Shown here piece after piece: positions 10,246 to 20,172 of a DNA stretch of 64,000 bases. The position numbers and the translations under genes were made by a program. Each line of letters opens with the position of its first letter. The first letter of the stretch is position 1. The DNA comes from an uncultured Acidobacteriota bacterium (lineage in GTDB: Bacteria > Acidobacteriota > Vicinamibacteria > Vicinamibacterales > 2-12-FULL-66-21). The notes under the pieces were generated by a model, which saw nothing but the letters and a program-made list of their open reading frames with translations, was not told where the DNA came from and ran no database searches. The stretch spans positions 25,441 through 89,440 of the forward strand of contig CAWIKP010000012.1 of the NCBI GenBank assembly GCA_963836735.1. Direction: 5' to 3'.

Positions 10246-11610
10246 CTATCCCCAATGCCGCAGCACCAGCGTCCCGAGCCCGAGAAACGACAGGAAGCCG
10301 AACACGTCCGTCAGCGTCGTGATGAACACGGATGATGCGAGCGCGGGATCGATCTTCATCGCCCGCAGCGCAAGCGGAATCAGCGTGCCGGCGGTGGCCG
10401 CCACGAACATGTTGATGATCATCGCCGCGCCGATGATCACGCCCAGGGCCGGGCTGCCTTTCCAGATCCAGACCACCAGCCCCGCGACCACGCCGCAGCC
10501 GATGCCGTTGGCGATGCCGACAGCCGCCTCCTTCAGGAGCGCTTTCCGGGTATTGGCCCACGTCAGCTCGCCGAGCGCGATGCCCCGGACGATGACCGTC
10601 AGCGTTTGCGTGGCGGCGTTGCCGCCCATGCCGGCGACCACGGGCATGAACACCGCGAGCGCGCTCCATCGGCCGATGGTGCCCTCGAAAAGCGCGACCA
10701 CGGACGCGGCGATGAACGCGGTGACCAGGTTCACCTGCAGCCACGGCAGCCGCTTCCTCAGCGACTCGGAGGGCCGGCTGAACACGCGATCGTCGCCGGT
10801 CACGCCGGCCAGGCGATACACGTCCTCGGTCGCCTCATCCTTGATGACGTCGATGACGTCGTCCACCGTGATGACCCCGACCAGCTTGTTCTCTTCGTCG
10901 ACGACCGGGATCGCCAGCAGGTTGTAGGACGCGACCTGGCGCGCGACCTCCTCCTGGTCCATGTCCACGCGGGCGCTGATCAGATCCGTCGTCATGATCC
11001 GTTTCAGCGGTGTGGTTGGCGGCACCAGCAGCAGCCGCCGCAGGGAGACCACGCCGACCAGATGCCGGCGGACGTCGATGACGTAGAGATAGAACACCAT
11101 CTCGACGTCGCGCGATCCTTGCAGCGCCGTAATCGCCTCGGCCGCCGTCATGTCCTCCGAAAGCGCAAAGACTTTCGGGTTCATGATGCGGCCGGCGGTC
11201 TGTTCGGGATATTCGAGCAGCTCGCCGACCTCGCCGCCGGCGGGGCGCTTCTGCATCAACTCGAGGACCTTCGCCGAGACGTCCTCCGGCAGGTAGTCGA
11301 TGATCGCCGCCGCGTCGTCGGAGGGGAGCTCCTGGAGTAACTTGCCGATTTCTTCGGCCGATCGCCCGGCCAGCAGGGCCGCGCCTTTTTCGGGCCCGAG
11401 CTCGCTCAGCGCTTCCATGGCGAGCCGGCTGTTGCGCTCGACCAGTAACGAAAACGTGGAGGCCCGATCTTTGTCGGTCAGCTCCGAAAACACCTGTGCC
11501 AGGTCCGCAGGGTGCTGTTTCTGGAGCAGATTGACGAGGTTCGCCGTCGCGCCTACGCGAAGCAGGCGTTTGACGGAGTCCAGCACGACATCGAGCTTGC
11601 GCTGCGCCAT
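10246..11610 (-). CDS. mgtE: Magnesium transporter MgtE
   Basis: Intact 454-aa ORF with the MgtE N-domain, a tandem CBS pair (…IMTTDLISARVDMDQEEVARQVASYNLLAIPVVDEENKLVGVITVDDVIDVIKDE) and the C-terminal 5-TM MgtE channel domain. Confidence 0.92.
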   Translation of the reverse strand: MAQRKLDVVLDSVKRLLRVGATANLVNLLQKQHPADLAQVFSELTDKDRASTFSLLVERNSRLAMEALSELGPEKGAALLAGRSAEEIGKLLQELPSDDAAAIIDYLPEDVSAKVLELMQKRPAGGEVGELLEYPEQTAGRIMNPKVFALSEDMTAAEAITALQGSRDVEMVFYLYVIDVRRHLVGVVSLRRLLLVPPTTPLKRIMTTDLISARVDMDQEEVARQVASYNLLAIPVVDEENKLVGVITVDDVIDVIKDEATEDVYRLAGVTGDDRVFSRPSESLRKRLPWLQVNLVTAFIAASVVALFEGTIGRWSALAVFMPVVAGMGGNAATQTLTVIVRGIALGELTWANTRKALLKEAAVGIANGIGCGVVAGLVVWIWKGSPALGVIIGAAMIINMFVAATAGTLIPLALRAMKIDPALASSVFITTLTDVFGFLSFLGLGTLVLRHWG

Positions 11611-11740
11611 GGGAATAGGTTCGGCCCGAACGTGAACTGCTCAATGTAGCACGGCACCAAGGGGGATTGTTCGAGCGGAGGGGTGTGGGGAGCGGCGGTC
11701 TCAGCATTTCTCAGTTGCGGCGGGGCCCCACCCCCGCGGC

Positions 11741-11764
11741 GCGCGCCGGGGGGCCCCGGCGCGC
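11741..11764 (-). terminator. GC-rich palindrome downstream of the secreted-protein gene
   Basis: The sequence is GCGCGCCGGGG-GG-CCCCGGCGCGC, with 11-nt complementary halves. It lies 17 nt past the stop at 11781-11783 on the minus strand. There is no U-tract. Confidence 0.4.
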
Positions 11765-11780
11765 AACCAAGTAATGCTGG

Positions 11781-12741
11781 CTAGCGCGCCGGCGCCTTGT
11801 AGGGGGACTCGAGAATCGTGTAGTCCGCCGGCACGTCGAACAGGTTTCCCTGCGGCTCGGCGCGAACGATGTTGGTGACGGTGTAGGTCGTGTCACCCGA
11901 TCGCGGATCGCTGTGCCTGGTCATCGATCAGGATTTCGAGATCAGGTGAGAACCACTGCTCCGACAGGACGGTGATCGGCTGCTGGTTGCCGATCGCGCC
12001 GGCCGGCAGCACCGTCGTGACCCGTTTGCCGTCTGCCATCACGCCTTCGACCACCTTCTGCCCGAGCGACTCTTCTTTCGCATCTTTCATATCCGGGGCG
12101 ATCCGAACCGCCGGCTGAACACCGCGACCGCGGCCCCCGCCGCCAGCGGCGATCTCTGCCTGCTGCCGCTTGCGCAGCTCCTCGGTGACGGCCTGTGGCG
12201 GAACCTCCGCCGGGGCGACGAGCACAATCCCGCCAGCCGCGCTCTCAACCGATCCGCGGTCGACTGCCTTCCTTGCCTCGATCCTTTTCTTGTCCTCATC
12301 GGTCAGCGTCGCCGCCGAGGCGGGGTACGCGATGCGAATCGCCGACTTGCGAGCCGTGCGGGTGGCCGGGTCCAGCACGTAGCTCACGTGCGCGACCGGG
12401 TCATAGATGCTGACGAACTTCACGGCCCCGTCGGTCCCCAGTTCCTCACGGCGGGTCCTGCCGTCGCTGTCGCGATAGATCCGGACGGTGGCCCTCCTCG
12501 CGATCTTGTTGCCGTCGCCCAATACCTGGGTGAACTCGGTTGTGGCCTCCCCCGAGTACGGCCGGCCGATGGTGATGCGCGTCTCCACGACCGTGCTCGC
12601 GCGCATGACCGGCACCCCGGGTTGCCCCTCCGACACAACGACGTCGGTCATCACCGGCGACGGGACTCTTTCCCGAACCTGCGCCGCGGCGCCGTCGGTC
12701 ACCAACGCGATCAGCGCTGCCACTGCCATTCGTCCCTTCAT
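11781..12741 (-). pseudogene. Secreted hypothetical protein, last gene of the ECF sigma operon; frame broken between 11896 and 11927
   Basis: ORF 11893..12741 has a signal peptide (MKGRMAVAALIALVTDGAAAQ). The +1 frame continues ...MTRHSDPRSGDTTYTVTNIVRAEPQGNLFDVPADYTILESPYKAPAR* to a stop at 11781-11783. I recognise no family. The start overlaps the anti-sigma stop (ATGA). Confidence 0.6.
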
Positions 12742-13526
12742 CGTCTGCTCCTTGTGTCCTGGGTCGTCGATTCTTCGGCGCTCACCAACCGGATCGCGCG
12801 AGGCAGGCCGTCCTGGCCCACGAGCACGTCGGCGTCCACCGTCGTCTTCGACCCTCCCTGAACGATGTCCAACCCATATTCCGGGAGTGCGCCGACCGGA
12901 ACCGCAATCCGGACGACGCTCCCGCTCTCGAGATCCGGCAGCCCGGCTGCGCCGGGCAGGGTCATGAATTCGAACGATCTCACCTGCTTCGGCGGTGCGG
13001 CTCGCCGCCCGGCTCCCGCGCGGACGGGAACCGGTCGCTCAGGCGTCACGTTTCCTTCGACCATCGACGACGCCGGCGTCTTTCCCTCCATCGCCGACGG
13101 CGTGGAGACGGCCGGCAATGTCACAGAGGAGGCCGACGGTGACGCAAGGTCATCTGGAGACACTGACGTCGAAGGGCGGCTGCCAAGCCAAACCGCCAGC
13201 GCGATGACGGCCGCACCAGCCAGCGCATAGATCCACTGATCCGTCCGCTTCGATTCCAACTGCGGTATTGGTGCGACCGGCATCCGGGCGACGAATGCCT
13301 CCTGAAGCCGCCCTTCGATCGCCGGAGAGGCCTTCCAGTTCTGCGCTTCGGTCGCCAGGGCGCTGAGCGCCGCAGTCAAATTGCGCTGCCGTTCGAACTC
13401 CACCGCACAGTTCGCGCAATCGTCCAGGTGCTGCTCGACCGCGAGCCGGACGTCCTCGGGCATCGACACGTCACGCGCGAAGTCCAGGATCGCCTCTCTT
13501 GTCGCCGCGCAGGTCATGCCATGCAC
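12738..13526 (-). CDS. Anti-sigma factor (zf-HC2 type, single-pass membrane)
   Basis: 262 aa. The N-terminal H-x3-C-x2-C motif (EQHLDDCANCAVEF) is followed by one TM helix (WIYALAGAAVIALAVWLG) and an extracytoplasmic domain. It overlaps the upstream ECF sigma gene by 13 nt. Confidence 0.8.
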   Translation of the reverse strand: MHGMTCAATREAILDFARDVSMPEDVRLAVEQHLDDCANCAVEFERQRNLTAALSALATEAQNWKASPAIEGRLQEAFVARMPVAPIPQLESKRTDQWIYALAGAAVIALAVWLGSRPSTSVSPDDLASPSASSVTLPAVSTPSAMEGKTPASSMVEGNVTPERPVPVRAGAGRRAAPPKQVRSFEFMTLPGAAGLPDLESGSVVRIAVPVGALPEYGLDIVQGGSKTTVDADVLVGQDGLPRAIRLVSAEESTTQDTRSRR

Positions 13527-14158
13527 CTCTTCTGCGTGACCGGCACATCCGATGACCGGTCTCGCGTGTTCGTTACCCTGCGCTCTTCCTCCGCCCGCAA
13601 TGCGACGAGTCGCGTCGCGAGCATCGCGCGCGCCCGGTGGAGACGCGATCGGATCGTCCCAATCGCACAGTCCAGCGCGTCAGCGGCATCGGCATACGTC
13701 AGCTCCTCGAGATCGCAGAGCACGACGACCTCCCGATACCGGACCGGCAGCGCAAGCACCGCACGCCGCAGCATCGCGATTCGCTCGACGCGTGACAGCT
13801 CACCGAGCGGATCCGGCTGAACGGCAGGCAGCACGCCATCGTCTTCAGAGGTCGCGGCGAGGCTCTCGAGCCTGGCGTCGCGGTCGAGCCGGTGCCGGAC
13901 ACAATTGCGCGCGATCCCGCAGAGCCACGCCGTCACCGAAGACCGTCCCAGCTCGTACCGCGCCGCATCCCGCATCACGATCAGGAACACGTCCTGAGTC
14001 ACGTCGTCGGCCAGCGCCGGCGTTCCACTCATGTGGAGGGCGAATCGATAAATGTCCCCCTGCCGCCGCCGGAACAATGCCGTCAAGGCTTCCGGCCTGC
14101 CTGCGGCAATGCCGGCAATGAGTGTGTCGTCGTTTGCGCGCTCGAGATCGTCGGTCAT
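13514..14158 (-). CDS. ECF-type RNA polymerase sigma-70 factor
   Basis: From Met-65 of ORF 13514..14350: region 2 (ALFRRRQGDIYRFALHMSGTPALADDVTQDVFL) and region 4 HTH (LPVRYREVVVLCDLEELTYADAADALDCAIGTIRSRLHRAR). The start at 14158 is chosen by homology-like length; the upstream extension is Arg/Ser junk. Confidence 0.85.
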   Translation of the reverse strand: MTDDLERANDDTLIAGIAAGRPEALTALFRRRQGDIYRFALHMSGTPALADDVTQDVFLIVMRDAARYELGRSSVTAWLCGIARNCVRHRLDRDARLESLAATSEDDGVLPAVQPDPLGELSRVERIAMLRRAVLALPVRYREVVVLCDLEELTYADAADALDCAIGTIRSRLHRARAMLATRLVALRAEEERRVTNTRDRSSDVPVTQKRCMA

Positions 14159-14231
14159 CGGATGCCGGGTTTGACGCCGCCATCCTCTATTCAGTCGGGA
14201 GAGAGAAGAAGTTCCAAGATCTGAGGGAAGC

Positions 14232-15140
14232 CTACCGTCGCCGAGGCTTCCGCGTCGTGCGGGGGACGCCGAGGTCGTCCAGGGCGCGATCGTCGTTGCG
14301 CCAGTCGGGGTTGACCTTGACCCGCAGGTCAAGGAACACGCGCGTTTCAAAGGTGTCTTCCAGATCCTTGCGAGCCTCGGTACCGATGCGCTTGATCATG
14401 TCGCCGCCCCGGCCGATGACGATGGCCTTCTGCGACTCCTGCTCGACGAAGATCGTGCAGTAGAGCCGCAGCATGCGATCCCGCTCCTCCTCGTCGAACT
14501 TGTCAACGACGACGGCGGTCGAGAACGGCAGCTCGGCGCGGGTGTGCTGCAGGATCTTCTCGCGGACGGTCTCGGCGACCAGCGTGCGCTCGGGTTGATC
14601 GGTCAGATAGTCGTCGGGATACAGCGACTCTCCTTCCGGAAGCTGCTCGAGCAGTACCCGCTCGAGCCGATCGATGCCGTCGCCGGTCTGCGCCGAAACC
14701 GGCACGATCGCGGCGAACTCCCGCCATTTCTGCACCCGTTCCATCAACGGCAGGAGCTGCGCCTTCTTGACCAGGTCGATCTTGTTGAGCACCAGGACGA
14801 CGGGATTCCGCACTTTCTCGAGGAGCGCGGTCACGAACTCGTCGCCGTGGCCGGGCCTGCTCGACGCATCGAAGATCAGCGCCACCACGTCGACCTCGCG
14901 GAGCGTCTCGACCGCCGCATCCACCATGCGCACATTCATGCGATGAAGCGGCCGGTGGATGCCGGGCGTGTCGACGAACACAATCTGTCCGTCCGGATAG
15001 TGCTTCACCCCCAGAATCCGCCCGCGGGTGGTCTGCGGCTTGTCGGACACGATCGCGACCTTGGCCCCGACCATGGTGTTGAGGAGCGTCGATTTCCCGG
15101 CATTCGGCCGGCCGATGAGGGAAACGTACCCGGACTTCAT
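14232..15140 (-). CDS. era: GTPase Era
   Basis: Intact 302-aa ORF with G1 (GRPNAGKSTLLN), G3 (DTPG), G4 (NKID) and a C-terminal KH domain. Confidence 0.92.
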   Translation of the reverse strand: MKSGYVSLIGRPNAGKSTLLNTMVGAKVAIVSDKPQTTRGRILGVKHYPDGQIVFVDTPGIHRPLHRMNVRMVDAAVETLREVDVVALIFDASSRPGHGDEFVTALLEKVRNPVVLVLNKIDLVKKAQLLPLMERVQKWREFAAIVPVSAQTGDGIDRLERVLLEQLPEGESLYPDDYLTDQPERTLVAETVREKILQHTRAELPFSTAVVVDKFDEEERDRMLRLYCTIFVEQESQKAIVIGRGGDMIKRIGTEARKDLEDTFETRVFLDLRVKVNPDWRNDDRALDDLGVPRTTRKPRRR

Positions 15141-15267
15141 CAGAGGGACTCTATCGAACTACCGGGTTGGTCCGGCGTTCTGTTTGCATTTCTTGTTTGT
15201 GGTGAGGGGCCCCGCCTCCGATCCAACCCTCCAACCAACCCAACTGACCACATCGTACGTTATACTG

Positions 15268-15297
15268 ACCAAGCGGTCATTTCGATGACCGCTTGGT
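15268..15297. promoter_or_regulatory. Perfect 13-bp inverted repeat; putative TetR operator in front of the efflux operon
   Basis: ACCAAGCGGTCAT-TTCG-ATGACCGCTTGGT ends 3 nt before the tetR ATG (15301). A -10-like TATACT sits immediately upstream at 15261-15266. Confidence 0.6.
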
Positions 15298-15300
15298 GCA

Positions 15301-15933
15301 ATGACACACAGAGCGCTCCAGCCAAGTAAAGACGAGGTCGTTTCCGCGTACCGCCGGGACCAGATCCTCACCGCCGCTCACGGTGTCTTCGCCAGCAAGG
15401 GGTTTCGCCCGGCGACCGTCGGCGACATTGCCGATGCGGCCGGGATCGCCAAGGGCACGCTCTACCTCTACTTCAAGTCGAAAGACGACATCTACTGGGC
15501 GGCGATGAATCGCGGCCTGGACGGGCTGCAGGCGCTGACCGCGGCGGCGCTGGACGGCGTCGGTCACCCGCGAGAAAAGCTTCGCGCCTTCATCGAAACC
15601 AAGGTCCGCTTCTTCGACGCGGATCGGGACTTCTTCAGCATCTATTTCGCGGAGTTCGGCAACGTGTCCCCTCATCATCTGCCGGCGCAGAAGCCGTTTC
15701 TCCGCCGCTACATGGATCAGGTCGAGCTGCTGGATCGGACGCTGCAGCAGGCCGCGGCGGACGGACTGGTCCGCACGGCGGCCCTGAATGGCCTCGGCTA
15801 CTCGGTGATGGCGCTCACCGCGAGCGTGATCGCCCGGCGGCTTCGCGGCTGGTCGCAGGGCTCGCTCGAGGAGGATGTGACCGCCGCAGTCGAGCTGCTC
15901 TGGAAAGGCGTCGCGGAATCCCGTCATGCGTAA
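15301..15933 (+). CDS. TetR/AcrR family transcriptional regulator
   Basis: 210 aa with an N-terminal HTH (ILTAAHGVFASKGFRPATVGDIADAAGIAKGTLYLYFKSKDDIY). It overlaps the downstream outer-membrane gene by 8 nt. Confidence 0.88.
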   Translation: MTHRALQPSKDEVVSAYRRDQILTAAHGVFASKGFRPATVGDIADAAGIAKGTLYLYFKSKDDIYWAAMNRGLDGLQALTAAALDGVGHPREKLRAFIETKVRFFDADRDFFSIYFAEFGNVSPHHLPAQKPFLRRYMDQVELLDRTLQQAAADGLVRTAALNGLGYSVMALTASVIARRLRGWSQGSLEEDVTAAVELLWKGVAESRHA

Positions 15934-17339
15934 CTTCGTGCGGTTTCTCTGCACCGCGCTCGTTGCCGCGTCCGCCGGCGCCCGGGCCTCGGCACAGGTG
16001 CTTCCTCCGCGCGGCCCCCTCGGCGACGCGGGGCCGTTCTCCGGGGCCGTTCCGACAGGTCAGCGATCGGATCAGCCGCTGCCGCTCACGTTGACCGATG
16101 CCATCGCCCGCGGACTTCAACACAACCTCGGTGTGATCACACGACAAGAGGACGTCGAGAAGGCTCGGAGCGATCGATGGCGTGCGCTCTCGGCGGTGCT
16201 GCCGAACGTCTCCGGACGCCTCAGCGCCGATCGCGAGGTCATCAACCTCGCAGCGCTGGGCTTCAGTGGCTTTCCTGGAATCCCCGCGGTCATCGGCCCG
16301 TTCAACGTGTTCGACGCACGCATCGGAGTCTCCCAGCCGGTGATCGATTCGCAGGGCATCTTTCACCTGCACGAGACCAATCACGACCTGAGCGCCGCCC
16401 AGCACAACTTCCGGAATGCTCGTGACCTGGTGGTGGTCGCCGTTACGAACCTCTATCTGCAGGCGCTGGCAACCGACAGCCGTGTTGCCGCCGTGCGGGC
16501 CGAACTCGAGACCGCGGAAGCGCTCGCCACGCTCGCCGAAGATCGCCGCAAGGCCGGGCTGGTACCGGCAATCGATGCCAACCGGGCGCAGGTGCAGCGG
16601 CAGAACGCCCAGCAGCGGCTCATCACGTCCGAGAATGCTGCCGCCAAACAGAAGCTGGTGCTCGCCCGCGCGATCGGGCTTCCTCTCGGGCAGGCGGTCT
16701 CCCTCACCGACCCGATGCCCTACGCGCCCGGCACGGCGCCGTCGCTCGACGCCGCGGTCAAGGAGGCGTACGCCCATCGCGAGGATCTGCAGGGACAGGA
16801 AGAAGCGCTGAACGCCGCGCGTGATGCCGAACGGGCCGCGACCGCCGCGCACCTGCCCTCTCTGCATGTCGACGCCAACTGGGGGGCGATCGGCCAGACT
16901 CCTGGCGAAGCCGTGCCGACCTACACGGTGGGCGCCTCGGTGCACGTGCCGCTGTTCAACGCGGGTGCCGACAAGGCGCGCTCCATCGAGGCGGCAGCCA
17001 CAGCGCGGCGCCGCCGCGCGGAGCTCGAAGACACGCGCGCGAAGGTCTACTACGAGGTGCAGACGGCGCTCCTCGACGTCGACGCGGCCCGGCGGCAGGT
17101 GGATCTGGCGACGCGTACAGGTCGCGCTCGCCGATGAGCAGCTCGCGCAGGCGCGCGACCGGTTCGGAGCCGGAGTCGCCGACACGATCGAAGTCGTCCA
17201 GGCCCAGGAAGCGCTCGCCAGCGCCCACGATGCGAGCGTCGTCAGCCTGTACGGCTACAACGCGGCACGGGCCTCGCTGGCGGCGGCGCTCGGCCTGGCT
17301 GAAGAAGACATGCCGCGATTCCTCGGAGCCTCGAAGTAA
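15926..17339 (+). pseudogene. TolC-like outer membrane efflux protein; frame broken near 17110-17120
   Basis: ORF 15926..17137 has a signal peptide and two OEP repeats. The last ~70 aa (VQVALADEQLAQARDRFGAGVADTIEVVQAQEALASAHDASVVSLYGYNAARASLAAALG...) are in the +1 frame, which ends at 17339. Confidence 0.85.
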
Positions 17340-18572
17340 TGTCAGACCGACCCACACCTCCTCCGCCGTCGCGATCGCGTTTGAAGGTCTTCATCACGAT
17401 TGCCCTGGTGGTCGCCGCCGGCGGCGGGCTTCTCGCCTGGTGGATGCTTGGCGGCGGCGAGTCCACCGACGACGCGCAAATCGACGGGCACATCGTCCCG
17501 ACGGCGGCACGGGTCCAGGGAACCGTGCTGCGCGTCCAGGTTCAGGACAACCAGGAAGTCAAAGCCGGGGATCTGCTCGTCGAGCTCGATCCGCGCGACT
17601 ACGAGCTCGCCCTGGCGCGGGCCGAAGCGGAGCTGGCCGACGCGCGTGCGGCGGCGGAGGAAGCCGCGGCAGCGGTGCCGGTCGCAAGCGCGACGTCGAC
17701 TGGCAATCTGAGCGGCGCCCGCGCCGGCGTCCAGGAAGCGGAGGCCGCGATCGAAGCCGCTCGCGCCGCCTTGAACGCGGCCACTGCGCGGCGGGCCGCC
17801 GCCGAAGCCCGCGTCAAGGCGGCCGAGACGGCCGACCGCAAGGCCGCGGCGGACCTCGCGCGCTTCGAGCCGCTGATCAAGAAGGAAGAGATCTCGCGGG
17901 CGCAATACGACGCCGCGGTCGCGGCCGCTGACACGGCCCGGGCCTCGCTGGCCTCGGCACGCGCCGCGGTAGCCGAAGCCGAGAACGACATCGCGCGTTC
18001 GCAGAGTCTGGTCGCCCAGGCCCAGGCTGCGCTGGGGGGCGCCGAGGCGTCGGCGAGAGCAGCCGCGGCAGCGCCATCCCAGATCGCCGGCAGCCGCGCG
18101 CACGCCTCCGCGGCCGAAGCGCGCGTCCAGCGCGCACAGTCCGCGGTCGAACAGGCGAAGCTGAATCTCGATTACACCAGAGTGCGAGCGGCGCGCGGCG
18201 GCATGGTGAGCCGCAAGACCGTCGAGGTCGGCCAGATTGTTCAACCCGGTCAACCGTTGCTGGCGCTGGTCCCGCTCGACGACGTCTGGGTGACCGCCAA
18301 CTTCAAGGAGACGCAGCTCGAACACATCCGTCCGGGCCAGCCAGCGCACGTCTCGGTCGATGCGTTCGGCCACACTTTCGAGGGAAAGGTAGACAGCATC
18401 GCCGCGGCCACGGGCGCACGCTTCAGCCTGCTGCCTCCCGAGAACGCCAGCGGCAACTTCGTGAAGGTCGTGCAGCGCGTGCCCGTCAAGAATCACCCTC
18501 TCGCCCGGCCAGAACGACGAGCGCCTGCTCCGTCCAGGCATGTCGGTTCACGCCACGGTGGCATCCCGGTAA
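17339..18572 (+). pseudogene. HlyD/EmrA-family membrane fusion protein; frame broken at ~18489-18492
   Basis: It has an N-terminal TM, a biotinyl-lipoyl-like fold (VQGTVLRVQVQDNQEVKAGDLLVELD), a long coiled coil and ...GNFVKVVQRVPVK. The conserved end (ITLSPGQNDERLLRPGMSVHATVASR*) is in the +1 frame, with a stop at 18570-18572. The start overlaps the upstream stop (TAATG). Confidence 0.85.
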
Positions 18573-18578
18573 ACCGCG

Positions 18579-20135
18579 ATGACCGAGTCGGGCCCGCCGT
18601 ACGTCAACCCGTGGTTGACGGCAGTCGCCGTGATGTTCGGCACCTTCATGGTGGTGCTCGACACGACCGTCGTGAACGTGTCGCTGCCGCAGATCGCCGG
18701 CAGCCTCGGGGCCACGGTCGATGAGGCGACATGGGCTCTGACCTCCTATCTCGTGGCCAATGCCGTCGTCCTGCCGCTGACCGGGTGGCTGGCGACGGTG
18801 TTCGGGCGAAAACGCCTGCTGATCGTCGCGGTCATGGGCTTCACGACGGCCTCGCTCCTTTGCGGCGTCGCGCCGACGCTCGCCGTGCTGATCGTCTTCC
18901 GCGTGCTGCAGGGCGCAACCGGCGCGGTCATGCAGCCGCTCTCGCAGGCGGTCCTGCTCGAGGCATTCGAGCCGAAGGACCGCGGCAAGGCCATGGGTTT
19001 CTGGGGCCTCGGAGTGGTCGCCGCGCCGATCCTGGGGCCGGTGCTGGGCGGCTGGCTCACCGACAACTACTCCTGGCGGTGGGTCTTCTACATCAACATC
19101 CCGGTCGGCGTCGCCGGCGTGATCATGACCCGCCTTTTCGTCTGGGACCCCTCCTATCTGAAGCGTCGCAGCGAGGTCGTCGACTACCTCGGGATCGGTC
19201 TGCTCGCCATCGGGATCTCGGCGCTCCAGATCGCGCTCGACAAGGGACAGCAGGAGGACTGGCTCTCCTCCCCGTTCATCGCCGGGATGCTGATCGCCGC
19301 GATCGCGGCGCTGGCGGGGTTCGTGTGGCGAGAACTGACGACCGAGCACCCGGTGGTCGATCTGCGCGTGTTCCGGATTCCGACTTATTCGATCGGCCTG
19401 GCGATCACGGCGGTGCTCGGTTTCGTGTTGTATGGCAGCCTCGTGCTGCTGCCGGTCATGCTGCAGACCCTGATGGGGTATCCGCCGCTCCAGGCGGGAA
19501 TTGCGATGGCGCCGCGCGGGATGGGGTCGTTCATCGCGATGCCGCTCGTCGGCGTGCTGACGCAGCGGTTCGACGGCCGCAAGCTGGTGGGATTCGGGCT
19601 CGCGCTCGGCGCCTTCACCAACCTCTGGCTGTCATGGCTCAACCTGTCGGCCGGCTACTGGGATCTGTTCTGGCCGCAGTTCCTCCAGGGCTTTGCCCTG
19701 GGCCTGCTGTTCGTGCCGCTGACCACGATCACGATGGCCCCGATTGCGCGCGAGGCGATGGGCAACGCCACGAGCCTCTTCAATCTGATGCGGAACCAGG
19801 CCGGCGGGATCGGCATCGCGTTCGTCACCACGATGCTGGCCCGCCGCCGCGCGTATCACACCGCGGTGCTGACCAGCCACATCAGCCAGTACGCGTCGAC
19901 GAGCGCGAGCTACCTGGAGAATCTGCGCGCCGGATTCATGGCGCGCGGCGCGGATGCGGCGACCGCAACGCAGCGCGCCTACGCCGCAGCCGCCGGCATG
20001 GTGGCACGCCAGGCGGCCACGCTGTCCTTCATCGATCTGTTCTGGATCCTCGGAATGTTCTTCCTGGCGATGATCCCGCTGCTGTTTTTCATGAAACGGC
20101 CGGAACACGCGGAAGTGGCGATCGCTGGGGAATAA
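18579..20135 (+). CDS. MFS drug:H+ antiporter, DHA2/EmrB family (14 TM)
   Basis: Intact 518-aa ORF starting ...MFGTFMVVLDTTVVNVSLPQIAGSLGAT, the DHA2 N-terminal signature. It is hydrophobic throughout and sits downstream of the MFP gene. Confidence 0.88.
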   Translation: MTESGPPYVNPWLTAVAVMFGTFMVVLDTTVVNVSLPQIAGSLGATVDEATWALTSYLVANAVVLPLTGWLATVFGRKRLLIVAVMGFTTASLLCGVAPTLAVLIVFRVLQGATGAVMQPLSQAVLLEAFEPKDRGKAMGFWGLGVVAAPILGPVLGGWLTDNYSWRWVFYINIPVGVAGVIMTRLFVWDPSYLKRRSEVVDYLGIGLLAIGISALQIALDKGQQEDWLSSPFIAGMLIAAIAALAGFVWRELTTEHPVVDLRVFRIPTYSIGLAITAVLGFVLYGSLVLLPVMLQTLMGYPPLQAGIAMAPRGMGSFIAMPLVGVLTQRFDGRKLVGFGLALGAFTNLWLSWLNLSAGYWDLFWPQFLQGFALGLLFVPLTTITMAPIAREAMGNATSLFNLMRNQAGGIGIAFVTTMLARRRAYHTAVLTSHISQYASTSASYLENLRAGFMARGADAATATQRAYAAAAGMVARQAATLSFIDLFWILGMFFLAMIPLLFFMKRPEHAEVAIAGE

Positions 20136-20172
20136 CACTGACGGATGTCGGGACTCGGGCCCCGAAAATGAC

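Noticed and set aside
11611-11780. An M-box (Mg2+) riboswitch in the 170-nt leader of mgtE.
   Set aside because: I could not recognise the conserved M-box core by eye. The region is largely explained by the GC-rich terminator palindrome of the upstream operon. A covariance-model search would be needed to exclude it formally.
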